From Podarcis vaucheri (lineage: Eukaryota): a stretch of 64,000 bases of DNA. The stretch is taken from the NCBI GenBank assembly GCA_965113315.1, contig OZ220366.1; one strand, given 5' to 3'. The notes under the pieces are model-generated. The model was not told the DNA's origin, searched no databases, and was given only the letters and a program-made list of their open reading frames with translations. The first letter of the stretch is position 1; each line of letters starts with the position of its first letter. This document shows positions 1-30,352 of this stretch, in pieces. A program made the position numbers and the translations under genes.

Positions 1-897
1 GTCAGCCATTCTACCATTTCAATTTTAATATGGCAGGCAATTTTGAAAAGTCTAAGTAGATGAATTCTCCTAAAAACTATTTCAAGTTCAGACCTTTAAA
101 CATTCCCTGTAATGTTCCGCCTCCATTTGGCTAGCTCACATTAATAATCTGCCTAAACACTGGAATTGCTGTGTTTACTTGCATTCACTTTAAAACAGTG
201 CTTGTATGCATGTATCCATACATCACTTCTTCATCATCATCATCATCATGACTGGAATGGCTTATTAAAGACTATCAGGTTCTAAGTACCTATCCAGGAT
301 AGAGTGAGCAAATCAACTTTAACTTAGTACAGTTTTGCCACATTAGAAACTAATTCCATTGATATGCTTCAAGGTGTTTTATTTTTTTCAAATCTGAGTA
401 TCAAAGCCCTAATGCAGGCCACCGCACAAGTTTTTTTTTTTTTGTAGTATAAAGTGGATGAATCAATGATTCCTGTAAGTTGTATCACACCTGTGTGCCA
501 AGGTTTGATTTTTTTAAAGCCCAAGTAGAGTAATTTTGTCAAGACAATTGATAATCTTGGGCATTACTGAGCCAACAGGACATCAAAATAAAAAGTTGTC
601 TAAAGTTAAAGGCACAGTACATTAACAAATGATCCTCAGTCACAAAATTATAAATACAGTCTGGGAGTAGGGGGGTGGAGGAGTTAATCTCAACTACAAT
701 GGAGTCTTTAAACCTTCAAAGTAGGGCTTCTGNNNNNNNNNNNNNNNNNNNNNNNNNNNNNNNNNNNNNNNNNNNNNNNNNNNNNNNNNNNNNNNNNNNN
801 NNNNNNNNNNNNNNNNNNNNNNNNNNNNNNNNNNNNNNNNNNNNNNNNNNNNNNNNNNNNNNNNNNNNNNNNNNNNNNNNNNNNNGCAGCAAGCAGA
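1..897 (-). other. DDX3X: DDX3X 3'UTR (continues off window; N gap 733-885)
   Basis: Follows the stop codon; blocks such as GATTTGCTCACTCTATCCTGGATAGGTA and TTTAATAAGCCATTCCAGTCATGATG match my recollection of the conserved mammalian DDX3X 3'UTR. Confidence 0.85.
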
Positions 898-18599
<17,702 letters not shown>

Positions 18600-21454
18600 A
18601 ACGAGAGATCGTGTCGGGAGGTCCCGCTCCGCGTAGAGAAATTCGGATTCACTAGACGTAGAACTAGCCTGGGTCGCTGTCGCCGCTACTTCGCCTCGGA
18701 ATCGCGTCTCTAACTGAAACCCCCCCAGTTCGGCCCGGGCCCTTATATATTCCTCCGCCCCCTCGCAGGCGCCGTGCTGACTTCAGCGCGCAAACCACGC
18801 CCCTTCCTCCTCCTCTCGATCCCCTCCCCCCACCTCTGCTTGCAGCAAAAGGTATCGCGGGGAGAACTCTCCGCTCCGCATAAAGAGGTGGGGGGAGGGC
18901 GAAGAAATCCCAAGGCTACCGCGAGAACTAGGGAGGCTGCGGACTCCTCCCGATTCAGGAGGATCTAGGTGTTATCGCGAGGTTTCTTCACACAATGTTT
19001 ACAGCGCTGCTCGCGCGAGATCTCTACCCCTCCCCGCCCTGGTTTGCCTTCCCCTCCCTCCCGTTTCGTTTCGTAAAGACTGGTGAGTCACCCCCCCTCC
19101 TCGTTTTCTTTGAGATCTCGCGAGATTTCTGTCCAAATGAAATAAGGCTCTGGGAACAGAGAGGGGGCTCCCTAGGTCACGTGGGCATTTCCGTTCGGTC
19201 CTGCCGCCATCTTAGGCTGTATGCGGCTGCTGAAGTGGCGCAGCCTTCCGGTGGGGGTGGGGATGTAGTGTGAGGGGCCCAAAGTGGAGAGCCGAGGCGC
19301 CACCTATGTCCCGAGGATTGCGAGAAGCAGCACGAGAGTTGGCGGTAACGTCAGAGTGGCGTTGCGCGACTCGCTTCTGCCTTGTGTGTGACCTAGGAGG
19401 GGTCGCCTGGCAACCAGCAGCGCGGCCAGCAGCCCTCCCGACGCCCTGTAACCCCTAAACAATGAGGAGGCGATGGCCTCCTGGCGGAGTTCCCCTTCTT
19501 GCGCCTTTCCCACCCCCTTCCCTCTGGCGCCTAATGCCCTTGCTTCGCTTGGTCACAAAAAGCCCTCTGCAAAGAAAGGATGCACAGCGATGACCTTGTC
19601 TGGGCCTCTCGCATCATTTGCCTATGGAAAATGCTGCCTTCCATTGCAAGGAGGAGTTTGGGCTCTGCCGTCTTAAGTGCGGGAGGCTTCTGACCCCAGA
19701 GGTCAAGGTTAAGGACTGAGAGGCCGCCCAGTATTTTTAGCTCTTCAGGATGCTTCTCCAGAATGCCTGTCGCCTTGGACGCATTTTGACAAAGGAGCAT
19801 AGCTCATAGTACCCTCCCCCCCCCCCAACTTCGTCCCCTAATCACCTGAGGAAAAGCAATTTGACATTGTTGGCTTACTTCAGTAGATCTTTGTATACTC
19901 AAAAAGTTACCCGTAGTTTCTCCCCGTGTATACATGCTAACTTCACATTTGCACCCTCTGACACAGTATGATCTTAGGCAAATTTATTTTAGTAAGTCCC
20001 ATCAAAATAAAAGAGTGCTGCAAGTGCCCCTTGTTCTGAGGCAAATCTGTGTATTCATATGAGTTGTGTATTAGATAGGATACTTTTTGTCTCTTGAAAG
20101 AATAAATTGGTCCTATCTCACAGTGCTTGTAAATTCACTTGGCAATATATATTTACAACTCAAGTTGCAAAGCCCCTTTTTTGCTGAGGAAACTACAAAA
20201 TAATTATATTTCTCAACACTAAAAAAACTGGGTTTACCAGTATATGCATCATATGTGCATCAGGGCCACTTATGTGAACTTTTCAGCTCCTAGCACTAAG
20301 GGTGCAGTTCTATATACACTTTACTGGAAGTTAAAGAAACAACTGTGGTTTGGTTTGGTTCATGGGTTATTCTAAATGTGAATGTCTTATGAAAGAGTTG
20401 CTAATTTCCTGTGATGCATCTCATGTAGTTTGAATGAACATTGTGGAATATTTGGAGGGGAGGAGGTATGCCACTCCATCCTGAGATTGCCCAAGCATCA
20501 GTTCATCCTCTTAAACCATAGAGCCCTGAGATGCAGGGAAATTAACCTTCTGACAGTTATCCACTGGATGAAGGAAGAAAGGCCTGGATAAAGACAATAA
20601 TAAAGGCTTTATTGCTGTTTTGGGGGACCAGAAGAAGCACTGTAAGTGGCTCAACAGCAGCAGCTGGTAAATGTCTATCTCTGCAGACACACATACAAAA
20701 CCTACTGCCTGAACAAAGGAAGTAACAATGCTTGTATAACTAAGCATGGTGCTCTCCATGTTGTTTTAAAGCTGGCTTCCACAAAAGCTGTAAATTATGC
20801 AAATTGATATGTGAATCCTGTGCACGTTTTCCTGAGAATAAGTCCATTGAACAAAGTAGGGCTTCTGAATCTACATGCATGCAATTAACATTTGCTGGTC
20901 ATGGAGAAGAACAAGAAATTAGGCCCTAGGAGCACTGAAAACTTTATTTGGAAATTCTCTGGCTTCTGAGAGTTCATTAAGAACTGCAGTATACTTTCGA
21001 GCCCAACTAGAAACTTGGTTTTTTTAAAAAAAGAGAGCGAGAAAGCTGAAATGCTCAGGATGCTGCCTTCTCTGTTCAGTATCATGCCCAGCATCCTTCC
21101 ACAGTACTGTAGGATACACACAGCCTTTCTTAAATTCCATGTTCTAGGGTCACACACAAGCATGAAAAATGTAACATTGCCAGGATTCTGCCATTTAGCT
21201 TAGCAGCCTGGACTATTTTCATCTGTTATGGATGGTCCTTTGTATGTTAGCAAAGTGAGGCAGGGACAACATATTCTCCCTGTTTTTTTTTCTGTCTGAT
21301 AGCAGGACCTGGAGCTAGTCCTCTGCCTGTGGATGGCATCCAGAGCGTTTGCGTTTGTCCCTGCCTTCTAATTTGTTGACTCTATTATACCAATTAAGTA
21401 CTGACAGAGTATGCAGGCAGTTAGCTGCATATGTACCTTAAAAAAGAAGCAGCT

Positions 21455-22092
21455 AATAATGCCCACTCACAACACAAAGAGCTCATAACGCACCTACTCT
21501 CAGCAACCAGAAGCATCATATCCGGACACTGGAGAGACCTGTCAGGAGCAAGCATAGACCAATGGTGTCTCATAGTATGGGAAACAGCCTTATTAGAAAA
21601 ACTAACCAACAAACTGAAACTGATGTGGGGACAAATAGAAGATGCCTTCACCCCGGTATGGTTACCCTTTATCACATACACAGCCCAACTAGAACCCGCC
21701 AACAGCATTCAAATCAATCTGGCTAACCTGATCCAAAAACACCCACCCAGCCCACTCACACATGAAAACAATTTTCACTACAGCCAAAGACAACCAGCCA
21801 CACCCTAGCCTAGGCCACCCCCAACCTCTCTAAACCCCAAAGAAATACATGCAATTAGTAAAGAGAACCCACACACACACACCAAACAGGAATACAGTAG
21901 CATTGCCACCCAACCCACACACACCCTTTACCATCCCCCCTCCACCTGTTTTCCCCTTTTCTTCCTAATGAAATACCAATGTCTCAACAAATGAAACTGA
22001 TCTGTAGAAAATGTAACTTGAAAAAGAGGCATTGCACATGCTTTTGTAAACCAGAAAATTTCAATAAAAATATATTTTAAAAGATAAAGAAT
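21455..22092 (+). mobile_element. 5'-truncated L1-like LINE with target-site duplication
   Basis: ORF2 C-terminal-like ELITHLLSATRSIISGHWRD...WLPFITY, AATAAA and A-rich tail, near-identical flanks AAAAAGAAGCAGCT / AAAAAGAAGAAGCT. Confidence 0.7.
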
Positions 22093-22429
22093 AAAAAGAA
22101 GAAGCTGCCCAGTAAGTGTGCAAAAGCACACAAGCAGATTCTCCGTGCACAATTTTTAGAGTTGTTTGCTTGTGCAGTTTTCTAGTTTTGTGCTGCCATT
22201 CACTCTGTGTGTGTGCGCGCGCGCGTAGAAACAGAGTGTAACAGTATTTATAAACCTGCCACCACTTAAAAATCCATTTTGGAAGAACCAGAGCAGTTCC
22301 TTTTTTAGTGGGCCAAAATTGTTTTAACCGTGCTCAGCCTTTTAAATATGAAGCTTTGGAGTGCTGTGAGGAAAAAAGGAAGATTTGGATCAGACCCTAT
22401 CCTACAGCATCTCTGACATCAGACATGGA

Positions 22430-22536
22430 CATGGGCATAGCCAGGATTTTTATTAGGGCCTGCCCCCCACTAATGTATTTTTATTGACTGGGGGGGGAGC
22501 AGCCTCTCCCTGCCCCCCCCCCCCGCTATGCCCATG
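22430..22536. mobile_element. Small hAT-like MITE
   Basis: Perfect 12-bp TIR CATGGGCATAGC / GCTATGCCCATG; imperfect 8-bp TSD gacatgga/ctcatgga. Confidence 0.65.
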
Positions 22537-23986
22537 CTCATGGAGCTGAAGGTGTATGACTTCAGCTGTTCCAAATGAGGGACTTTTGGGTGGGGAGAGG
22601 TGTGCAAACGTATTATGTCTCCTTTATTATTTCTTGTGTTGAATAAGGAACTGTGTGTGAGAGAAATAACATTCCGAATCAGCCCACACAAAAGGCACAC
22701 GAATAGGGAATGGGTCAAATCAAAGACAGGCCACAACAGATAAAATAGCATTGAAAACAGGGGTGACTTCCACTGCTGCTGGATATCTTGGAAGCTGCTG
22801 GAGTACAACTCTCATCATGCCTGAACACTGGACAGGCTCTTGTGGGAATCTCTCAACACTAGCCAATAATAACTGATAGCCATCTATGTTGGTTAATACC
22901 GTATATTGCTATGGTAAAGACCTTGGGTTGTTTTGCAGTCAGTTCCCTTACTTTAGGGATCATGCTGCACAATGGAAGACCCTCAAGGCCAAACCGGAAC
23001 CTTTTCTGCAAAGTTGTCCCTCCTTCCCATCTGCTGCTCACAACCCAGAGGCAAGAGAAAGGTGTGGAAAAGCTGCTGGCTGTGAAAACAGATATTTCTC
23101 ATAGACCATGCGGTTGGATGTGGAAGGGGGCTTAGCCCACCATCCTCCAGCCCCTCCTCAATGCAGCCTTCCCATATGACCATGTGCTGATGGCGAGAGC
23201 ACATATATGCAAGCAGCTGCAGTCGTATTCCTTAGCTCTTCACTCACTTCTTCCAGTTTGCAGGGGCCGATTTTGGTCATATGGCATTCTGAGCATGGAC
23301 CAAATTTTATTCCCTTCCCCCCCCAAAAAAAATACTTCTTATTTTCACAGTAATTCCTAATTCTTTAAATTATTTTTTGTTATTATTTTGTGCCCCCTCG
23401 GCTTGGTACCCACACCACCCTGAATCTGGCCATGGTTTCCCTCTGCATGATCATGAAATGCCACGATTGCTTGTGCTTGTGATTCGAGTAGCCTGACTGT
23501 GTGAATCAGTTCTCAGATTCAACTTCCTGGTTTGCTTGTTCTCCCAGCTAAACAGATACCTAGAAAACTGCCAGGGCAAAGTGTTCTAGATGAAGTGGAG
23601 TGACCTGTTATTCTGAAACAATTATATTTTCCAAGAGAGTTTCATTCAGTAGCCGCCGCATGGAATGTTGCTGAGCACCAGGAGACTTCAGACTGATGTA
23701 GGATGGAGCATGGGGTGTGAGGTTAAAAAGGAATGCTCTGATAATTTGGCAAAAAAGAAGAAGAAGGGTGGAGCAGGCTGCTACAAGTATGCTAGTTATC
23801 ATTTCCTCCTCTCATATGATACAATGCTAAATGTATCTTTGCATTTAGCCTGCAGGGTTGTTGCTTTTAAAATGAAAATATCAACCAACTGGGGCATGTG
23901 ATAATGATCTGGGTCACTACAGGCATGGAAGGGGAAATTAATTATTTCCTCTGCTACTGTGAAAGCTGCTCTTTGAAATGCAGGGG

Positions 23987-24226
23987 CAGGTCAGCAAACG
24001 TTTTCAGCAGGGGGCCGGTCCACAGTCCCTCAGACCTTGTGGGGGGGGCGGACTATATGGGGGGGGGGGAATGAACAAATTCCTGTGCCCCACATCCCAG
24101 AGATGCATTTTAAATAAAAGCACACATTCTACTCATGTACACGCTGATTCCCAGACCGTCCATGGGCCAGATTTAGAAGGCGATTGGGCCAGATTTGGCC
24201 CCCGGGCCTTAGTTTGCCAACCCATG
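23987..24226. mobile_element. hAT MITE
   Basis: Ends CAGGTCAGCAAAC / GTTTGCCAACCCATG; 8-bp TSD tgcagggg/tgcaggga. Confidence 0.7.
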
Positions 24227-24232
24227 TGCAGG

Positions 24233-24620
24233 GACACAGGAAGCTGCTTTACAGCTACCTGGAGTCAGGCCACTGGTCCATTAAGCTTAGTATTGTACAC
24301 ACTGTCTGGCAGCAGCTCTCCAGGGTTTTAAGTGAGGAGACTTTTCTACTTAGGGCTGCCATGTACCCGGATTTTCCCAGACATTACCAGGATTTCAAAG
24401 GCGGAATAGAAATTCCAGGGGGAATTTCTGAGAGGTGGCACTTTGTCCTGGACCTTAGGCAAGTCAATCAAAAAAGCGCTCTCTTTTTTTGGAATTGTTG
24501 GGGTCTTCCTGAAAAACCCTCAGCAACTTTCAGGCAACCCTATTCCTACTCCTACCTAGAGATGAATCCAGGAACCTTCTGCATACAAAGTCAATGCTCT
24601 CTCACTGAGCTACAGCCCTT
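24233..24620 (-). mobile_element. Squam3-type tRNA-derived SINE interrupted by a hAT MITE (24351-24542)
   Basis: Minus-strand GGCTGTAGCTCAGTG head and GGACCAGTGGCCTGACTC...GCAGCTTCCTGTGT tail; insert has TAGGGCTGCC/GGCAACCCTA TIRs and TSD tttctact/ttcctact. Confidence 0.65.
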
Positions 24621-24811
24621 TGGGAGAGTGAGGAGCCCCCCCCCCTTGCACTATAGCTGCAAATTTCAGTTTCCTTTCCGGGGCCAATAGAAGCTTGGGG
24701 GAGCAATTTCCATAGGGAAAAATAGAGATCATGGGAAATGGTTAAAGCCCCCTTGGAGTTCAATCCAGATAGGGCGCTTCCACAGCCGCACTTTTTTAAA
24801 AACAAAAACAC

Positions 24812-25000
24812 CATAGGAGCCAATTCCTAGGGGCCTAGGTCCCTTTGGTCTCCCAATAAAATATTTGAAGGGACCGAGCCCCCCCCCAAGTTGATCAGCA
24901 TTACCATTCAAATAATGTGCATGTGCCACATCATGTGATCAATTATGTGGGGTGGGGCTTACATGACCCCCCCAATATTTTATTCAAGTTGGCACCCCTG
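24812..25000. mobile_element. hAT MITE
   Basis: Ends CATAGGAGCCAA / TTGGCACCCCTG; TSD aaaaacac/aataacac. Confidence 0.6.
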
Positions 25001-26551
25001 AATAACACATAAATGTGATAACGCATTGTGTGCCATTTTCTTCTGCCTGAGCCTATCCTGCACATCACTCCTCCTTCTAGGTACATCTCCTCCTAGATAC
25101 AGAGAACTTGCCAGGGGAGAGAACATGTCTGAACATTCCAGGGAAGTGATGGAGGGTGTCTAAGTAACCACAGGGCTTCATTTCCCAGCCTACTCAAGGT
25201 ACTGAAGCCCTCAGTGTCCCGATTGGAAGATGAATAAAGCCTGCCCATGGTACCTCCATTCATTGGAACCTCCGCTTGGAACCTTGAGAGGCAGTGAGGG
25301 GATCTGTGGAATCCTGAGCCAATCCTACTGACGTTGTGTGATGACAGCAAGCTTGATCCAAGCCCAAACGCAACACCAGCCAGGAGCTCATGCAGCAACC
25401 ATCCAGCCTCCCACCTCTGCCCCAGACTTGCGGCTCTGTAAAGCCCTGTCAGCTGGCAGGCAGTGTTTGGTTCCCCTACGTCTAGAAGAAGATATATGGA
25501 CCGTTGGTCTGATCCGGCATGATACTTTTTCGTATGTGAATTATGAGCTCTGCTTCACTCCATGTGAGTGGTTCCATAATTCTGTGCTATAAACCTCAGA
25601 TCAATTTCCCAGAAACGCTGTACTGCAAATGGAATAAATGTGCAATTTTTTGAAATGTGCATAACATAGTTAATTTGCACTTAAAAGCAATGATAACCAG
25701 AATCGAAGGTTTTTTAAAAATCAAAGTAAAGGAGGTTAATCCAGATTTCTACGAATGGGAAGAGCTGCAATCCTTTGTGTGACTTGCATTAGCCTGCAGA
25801 TTTAGTAGAATGAGGGATCTTGCACCCAAGTTTATATGCTAGGAAGGAATTCTGATGGGAAGGAAGAGAATTGAACAAGAAAGTAATATGCTATACAGTG
25901 GAGCTGGTGACCAGGACAAGAATTTATTGGATATTGTTAAAGACACCATCCAGAAGGAACCAGAAGAGCCAAGCTATAGAAGCAAGGGACTGCCTGACAT
26001 GGGGGTTCTTGTTGATGCAGTCTCCCAAAGTCTGGAGACTAAGCATATAGTGCAGCTTCCAGCTGAGGTATCAATGCCATCTTAAGTTGTACAGGGATGG
26101 TTCTTTTATATTATGGTCACCAGGTGTTTTGAAGGAAATTTGTTGTTTATAACAGCAAAATGCCTTCTTACTGGAGAAAATGGCCTCACTACATAACAGC
26201 TCTCTGCTTGCCAGCAGCCTTAATACCGTATGCCTACGCACAGAACCTTGAACTTTAATTACATCTGCTTTGATGCCCTCTCTTGGTTTTATGCATGACT
26301 TGAACATTTACTGCTGTTTGGCCTACATTCTAAAAGCTCCATTATTGAAGTTCACCTTCTTTAAGCAAGCTAATTTTTGCCTGAGAAACCCTGAGGATAT
26401 TTTTGCGCAGCTGTGTTTGCTTTATGCAGAAGGCAGAACAACACAGAATAGCTTGTACCATGATTACTCTGCTTTCCAAGCATTATTTGGGAGGATGGAG
26501 GGTGGGGGGGTGGCACCTATAGATTAATGTTCTTTAAAAAATCATTCTAAA

Positions 26552-26687
26552 CCGGGATTTTTTTCAGCCAGAACTCACTGGAACTCAGTTCCAGCACCAA
26601 CCATGTAGGTGCCATTGCCATTCTAAGAGAATGAGGGAGGTATTCATGATGAGTTCCAGCACCTCTTTTTCTAGAAAAATAACACTG
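26552..26687. mobile_element. Short hAT-like MITE
   Basis: GGGATTTTTTTCAG...CTAGAAAAATAACACTG ends with internal repeated AGTTCCAGCACC. Confidence 0.5.
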
Positions 26688-26834
26688 TTTTTAACAACAG
26701 AATGATCTTTTTGTCTAGTTATGACTTATGCAGGAATAGAGATTGAGACTAAATCACTTGGACCAGCAGAGCACAGCACTACTGCTTGAAAGGTTTACAC
26801 CCATATAGTTACATGTTAGTGCTGGAGAAGGTGC

Positions 26835-27271
26835 AGTCACCAGTAGCTTAATGGTAGAGCATCTGCTTTGCAATGCAGAAGTCCCCAGGTTCAATCCCTG
26901 GCGTCTCCAGGAAAGACTGGAAATCCTGGAGAGCATCTGCCAGCAAGTGACAACACTGAGCTAAATACCGTATTTTTTGCTCTATAAGACTCACTTTTTC
27001 CTTCCTAAAAAGTTAAGGGGAAATGTGTGTGCGTCTTATGGAGCGAATGCAGGCTGCGCAGCTATCCCAGAAGCCAGAACAGCAAGAGGGGTTGCTGCTT
27101 TCACTGCACAGCGATCCCTCTTGCTGTTCTGGCTTCTGAGATTCAGAATTTTTTTTTTTGTTTGTTTTTCTCCTCCAAAAACTAGGTGCGTCTTGTGGTC
27201 TAGTGCATCTTATAGAGCGAAAAATACGGTAGATCAATGGTCTGACTCAGTATAAGGCAGCTTCCTATGTT
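26835..27271 (+). mobile_element. Squam3-type SINE carrying a nested Tc2-like MITE
   Basis: A box TAGCTTAATGG, B box GGTTCAATCC, tail GGTCTGACTCAGTATAAGGCAGCTTCCTATGTT. Confidence 0.72.
26968..27229. mobile_element. Tc2/pogo-like MITE
   Basis: TIRs CCGTATTTTTTGCTCTATAAGA / TCTTATAGAGCGAAAAATACGG, TA TSD, internal 23-bp perfect hairpin. Confidence 0.85.
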
Positions 27272-28487
27272 GCCCCCAAATGTGTTTTTATTCACTTGTT
27301 TTTTGTCACCCTGAGCACCTTGGAGTGGGTGGGCGGGATACAAATTTAATAAATAAACTGTTGGGTCATCTGCTTGCTGCAGGAGACTGGGATATGCTTT
27401 ACCTCAGCTGTGTTCGTAAGAGTTTAGAATGGAATTGGTTTATTCAGAAAAAGGAGGCAAGCTGGAAGCATCCGGGAAACAAGTATCTAAAGAGTTACAT
27501 TGATTGCTTCATGATAAATGTCCTGTCTCTATAAGCCAAGTTTACCTTAGCTCAGGGAATGTGATCCAATCAGACCAACATTACAAAAAAGTGCCCCCTC
27601 TCAATGAGGGCGGTCCTATTAGTCAAGAGTCTACATTTATCTTACACTGGCTAAAGGATTGCATATGCATTTGGGCTCCATAAAGGAAAGGAAGAAGACT
27701 ATCCTGACAGGGCAGGAATCCACCACACCCTGCCAAGTAGTATCCTGGCTACACTAGTCCATAGGAAAAGGCATGGGGGCACATACTCAGTCTGAAACAG
27801 GTTTTGAAGCTTTTGTTTAAAGAGGTATATAAACTCTGGGCTTCAAAGCCCATGTTGTTCTATTGCAGCAGTTCCATCCCGACTATGGTCTGTCCCATTA
27901 GCAGCTGTGGAACTGTAGTGCTGGCACTGGGTGGAGAATGCCTCAGGTTGTTTGTTGTGGCTTGTGGCTGAGGTTTCTGGTTGGGGTGGCTGAGGTTTCC
28001 GTGCAATAAATACAATCGCCTGTGTGAGGTAATTAATAATAATAAAAAGGCTGGATTCAGCAAGACATATTGCCTGGTTGGCTTCACATGGTGGAACAGA
28101 ATGAAGAAAGGTTCACTTCCTCCTTCACTAAATATGAGGGGTGTGACTTAACTGAGTCTAGCAATACAGTTCAGTGATCTTAACCCCTTCATGCATTAAT
28201 TAGCCCTAAGCTTGCTAGTGATATTTGACTGCAATTTCCCAGAGTTTCTGGGCTGTGGAGTATCCTGGGGTCAGGATACACAGGCGGCGTCCATTTTAGG
28301 TGCATCCAACTGATGCACAATCGCCAATGTGCAGGTCCTTTTTGACCCAGAAGAAGGTGGGATGGGGGGAGACAGGGGCAAGGAGCCTCTCCTTGGCAAA
28401 TGCATGTTCCTCTCACAGTCATCAGTTATGCATGATTCTGATGAGTGCATATCCTCCAATATTTCTCTGATGAAAATAGGGACATCC

Positions 28488-28723
28488 AGTGTGGTGTAGT
28501 GGTTAAGAGTCTCGTAATCTGGTGAACCGGGTTCGATTCCCCGCTCCTCCACATGCAGCTGCTGGGTGACCTTGGGCTCATCACACTTCTCTGAAGGCTC
28601 TAAGCCCCACTCACCTCACAGAGTGTGTGTTGTGGGGGAGGAAGGGAAAGGAGAGTGTTAGCCGCTTTGAGTCTCCTTAGGGTAGTGATAAAGTGGGTTA
28701 TCAAATCCAAACTCTTCTTCTTC
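28488..28723 (+). mobile_element. tRNA-derived SINE (Squam2-like)
   Basis: TGGTGTAGTGG A box, GGTTCGATTCC B box, GGGTGACCTTGGGC core, (CTT)n tail. Confidence 0.75.
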
Positions 28724-30211
28724 AGTGCTATTTTTCTAGAAAAACAGGTGCTGAAATTCACCTCAGGAATCGAAGGTTTGTTTATGATTAATATAGTATT
28801 GTAAATCCTCCAATATTCCTTAAAGAGCCTAGAAATTTCAACAGGATCCCTATGGGGGGTGTCTATCTGCACGTATCAATTGAATCATGGCGGCAACACA
28901 GCATGAAAGGCCAGTCTTTCCTCCCAAAATGACTATCAAGGTCTCATCATGGATGCAGGTGGGTACCCAGCATCAAAAGTGCCATGTGTGTGCCTCTTCG
29001 TGTACAAATCCCAGACGGGTAACAGAAACAACAACAAAAAGTCCTATGGCACATTAAAGATTAACAAAGAACTTGAAGGTGCCACAAGATCCTTTGTTGT
29101 ATTTGCATACTGTGCCCTTTCTCACACAACTGTCTATAGGATGCATTCAGATCATTTTTCTGCCATGTGTGCGTGGAGTTTTGTTTTGCTTTTTAAGGTG
29201 TTTAGGTGTTGCAAACTCCCTCTTCCTCTTAGCAGCTGAAGTTTCGGTCTCTGGTGAAGTCACTGATAATCCCAATAGTTCTCCAAGTGCCTACAAGAGC
29301 ACATAGCAAAAACAAAGCAGCAGACACGAGATTAATGTCGCATAAGAAGAAGCGGGGGGGGGGCACATTCCACTGGGAAAACTCACAAGATTCCTGCTTC
29401 CAACAGACAGGTATTAGTTCTTCTTTTTCATCTCCCAATAAATGTGGTGTTATAAGAAGTAACCTTTATGAAAGGAGAGAAGCCCTTCACGTTCCTTGGT
29501 CTTTAAACTGCCAGTGCATTGCAGCCCTCGCTTAAACCTCCAGGGAAGGTGCTATGAAATCAATGCTGTCATTAAAGTGTTTGGGAGGTCCAGAAGGAAA
29601 TAAAGAAGGGAAAAACAAGGGAACTTAAAAACAAACCCTTAGGATGAATTGGGTAAACGCTATATTTGGAACATTTGCTGAGATTTCCATAAGGTTGCCA
29701 TGGAATACGCATGCATTAAAAATGCATCTTAAAAGAACAGATCTATTTGGCAAATGCATGCATTGCTCTTATAGCTTCTCTTGCAGTTTTAGTTTATAAA
29801 TTTTAAAATATGCCACCCCAATGAGATCATTTTTTTTAGCCACTTTGTCTTCTCCAGTACCTACTTCAAAAATGGCTTTTTGGCTACCACCCAATGATTT
29901 CTCTGCTTTCCTTTCACCCAGCTGAATCTTCTTACATTTTTTTTAAAAGGGGAAATGTATACAGTACATCTGAATATTTTGCATACTTTCCCATGCATTT
30001 AGAAAATGATGGTATAGCACTATTTTAACCAAAATGAAAAAATTCAAACACTTCCTTTCCCTCCCACAAATAATTTTAGTTTGCATTTGTTTGATGTAGA
30101 ATTATGATCCTAAATTAGAATGGTCTATGCACCCATGTAGCATTGTAAAAACCGTCAATGAAGAGTTTTAAGAGGGGAAGTCCAGCCAAATGGGCGGGGT
30201 ATAAATATCAA

Positions 30212-30259
<48 letters not shown>
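30212..30259. repeat. (ATT)n microsatellite
   Basis: About 15 units following GGGCGGGGTATAAAT (LINE tail-like). Confidence 0.95.
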
Positions 30260-30267
30260 GCCAATGC

Positions 30268-30352
30268 AAGTCCTACTCAGAGTAGACCCACTGAAATTTA
30301 TAGGTATGTTAGTCATGCTCATTGATTTCAATGGATTTACTCTGAGTAGGAC
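30268..30352. mobile_element. Short palindromic squamate MITE (related copies at ~13755-13840 and ~48195-48260)
   Basis: GTCCTACTCAGAGTAGACCCACTGAAAT ... ATTTCAATGGATTTACTCTGAGTAGGAC inverted repeat. Confidence 0.6.

Noticed and set aside
26844-26900. tRNA-like A and B boxes (also at 28490-28545 and 46935-47000)
   Set aside because: These are SINE heads followed by SINE bodies, not intact tRNA cloverleaves.
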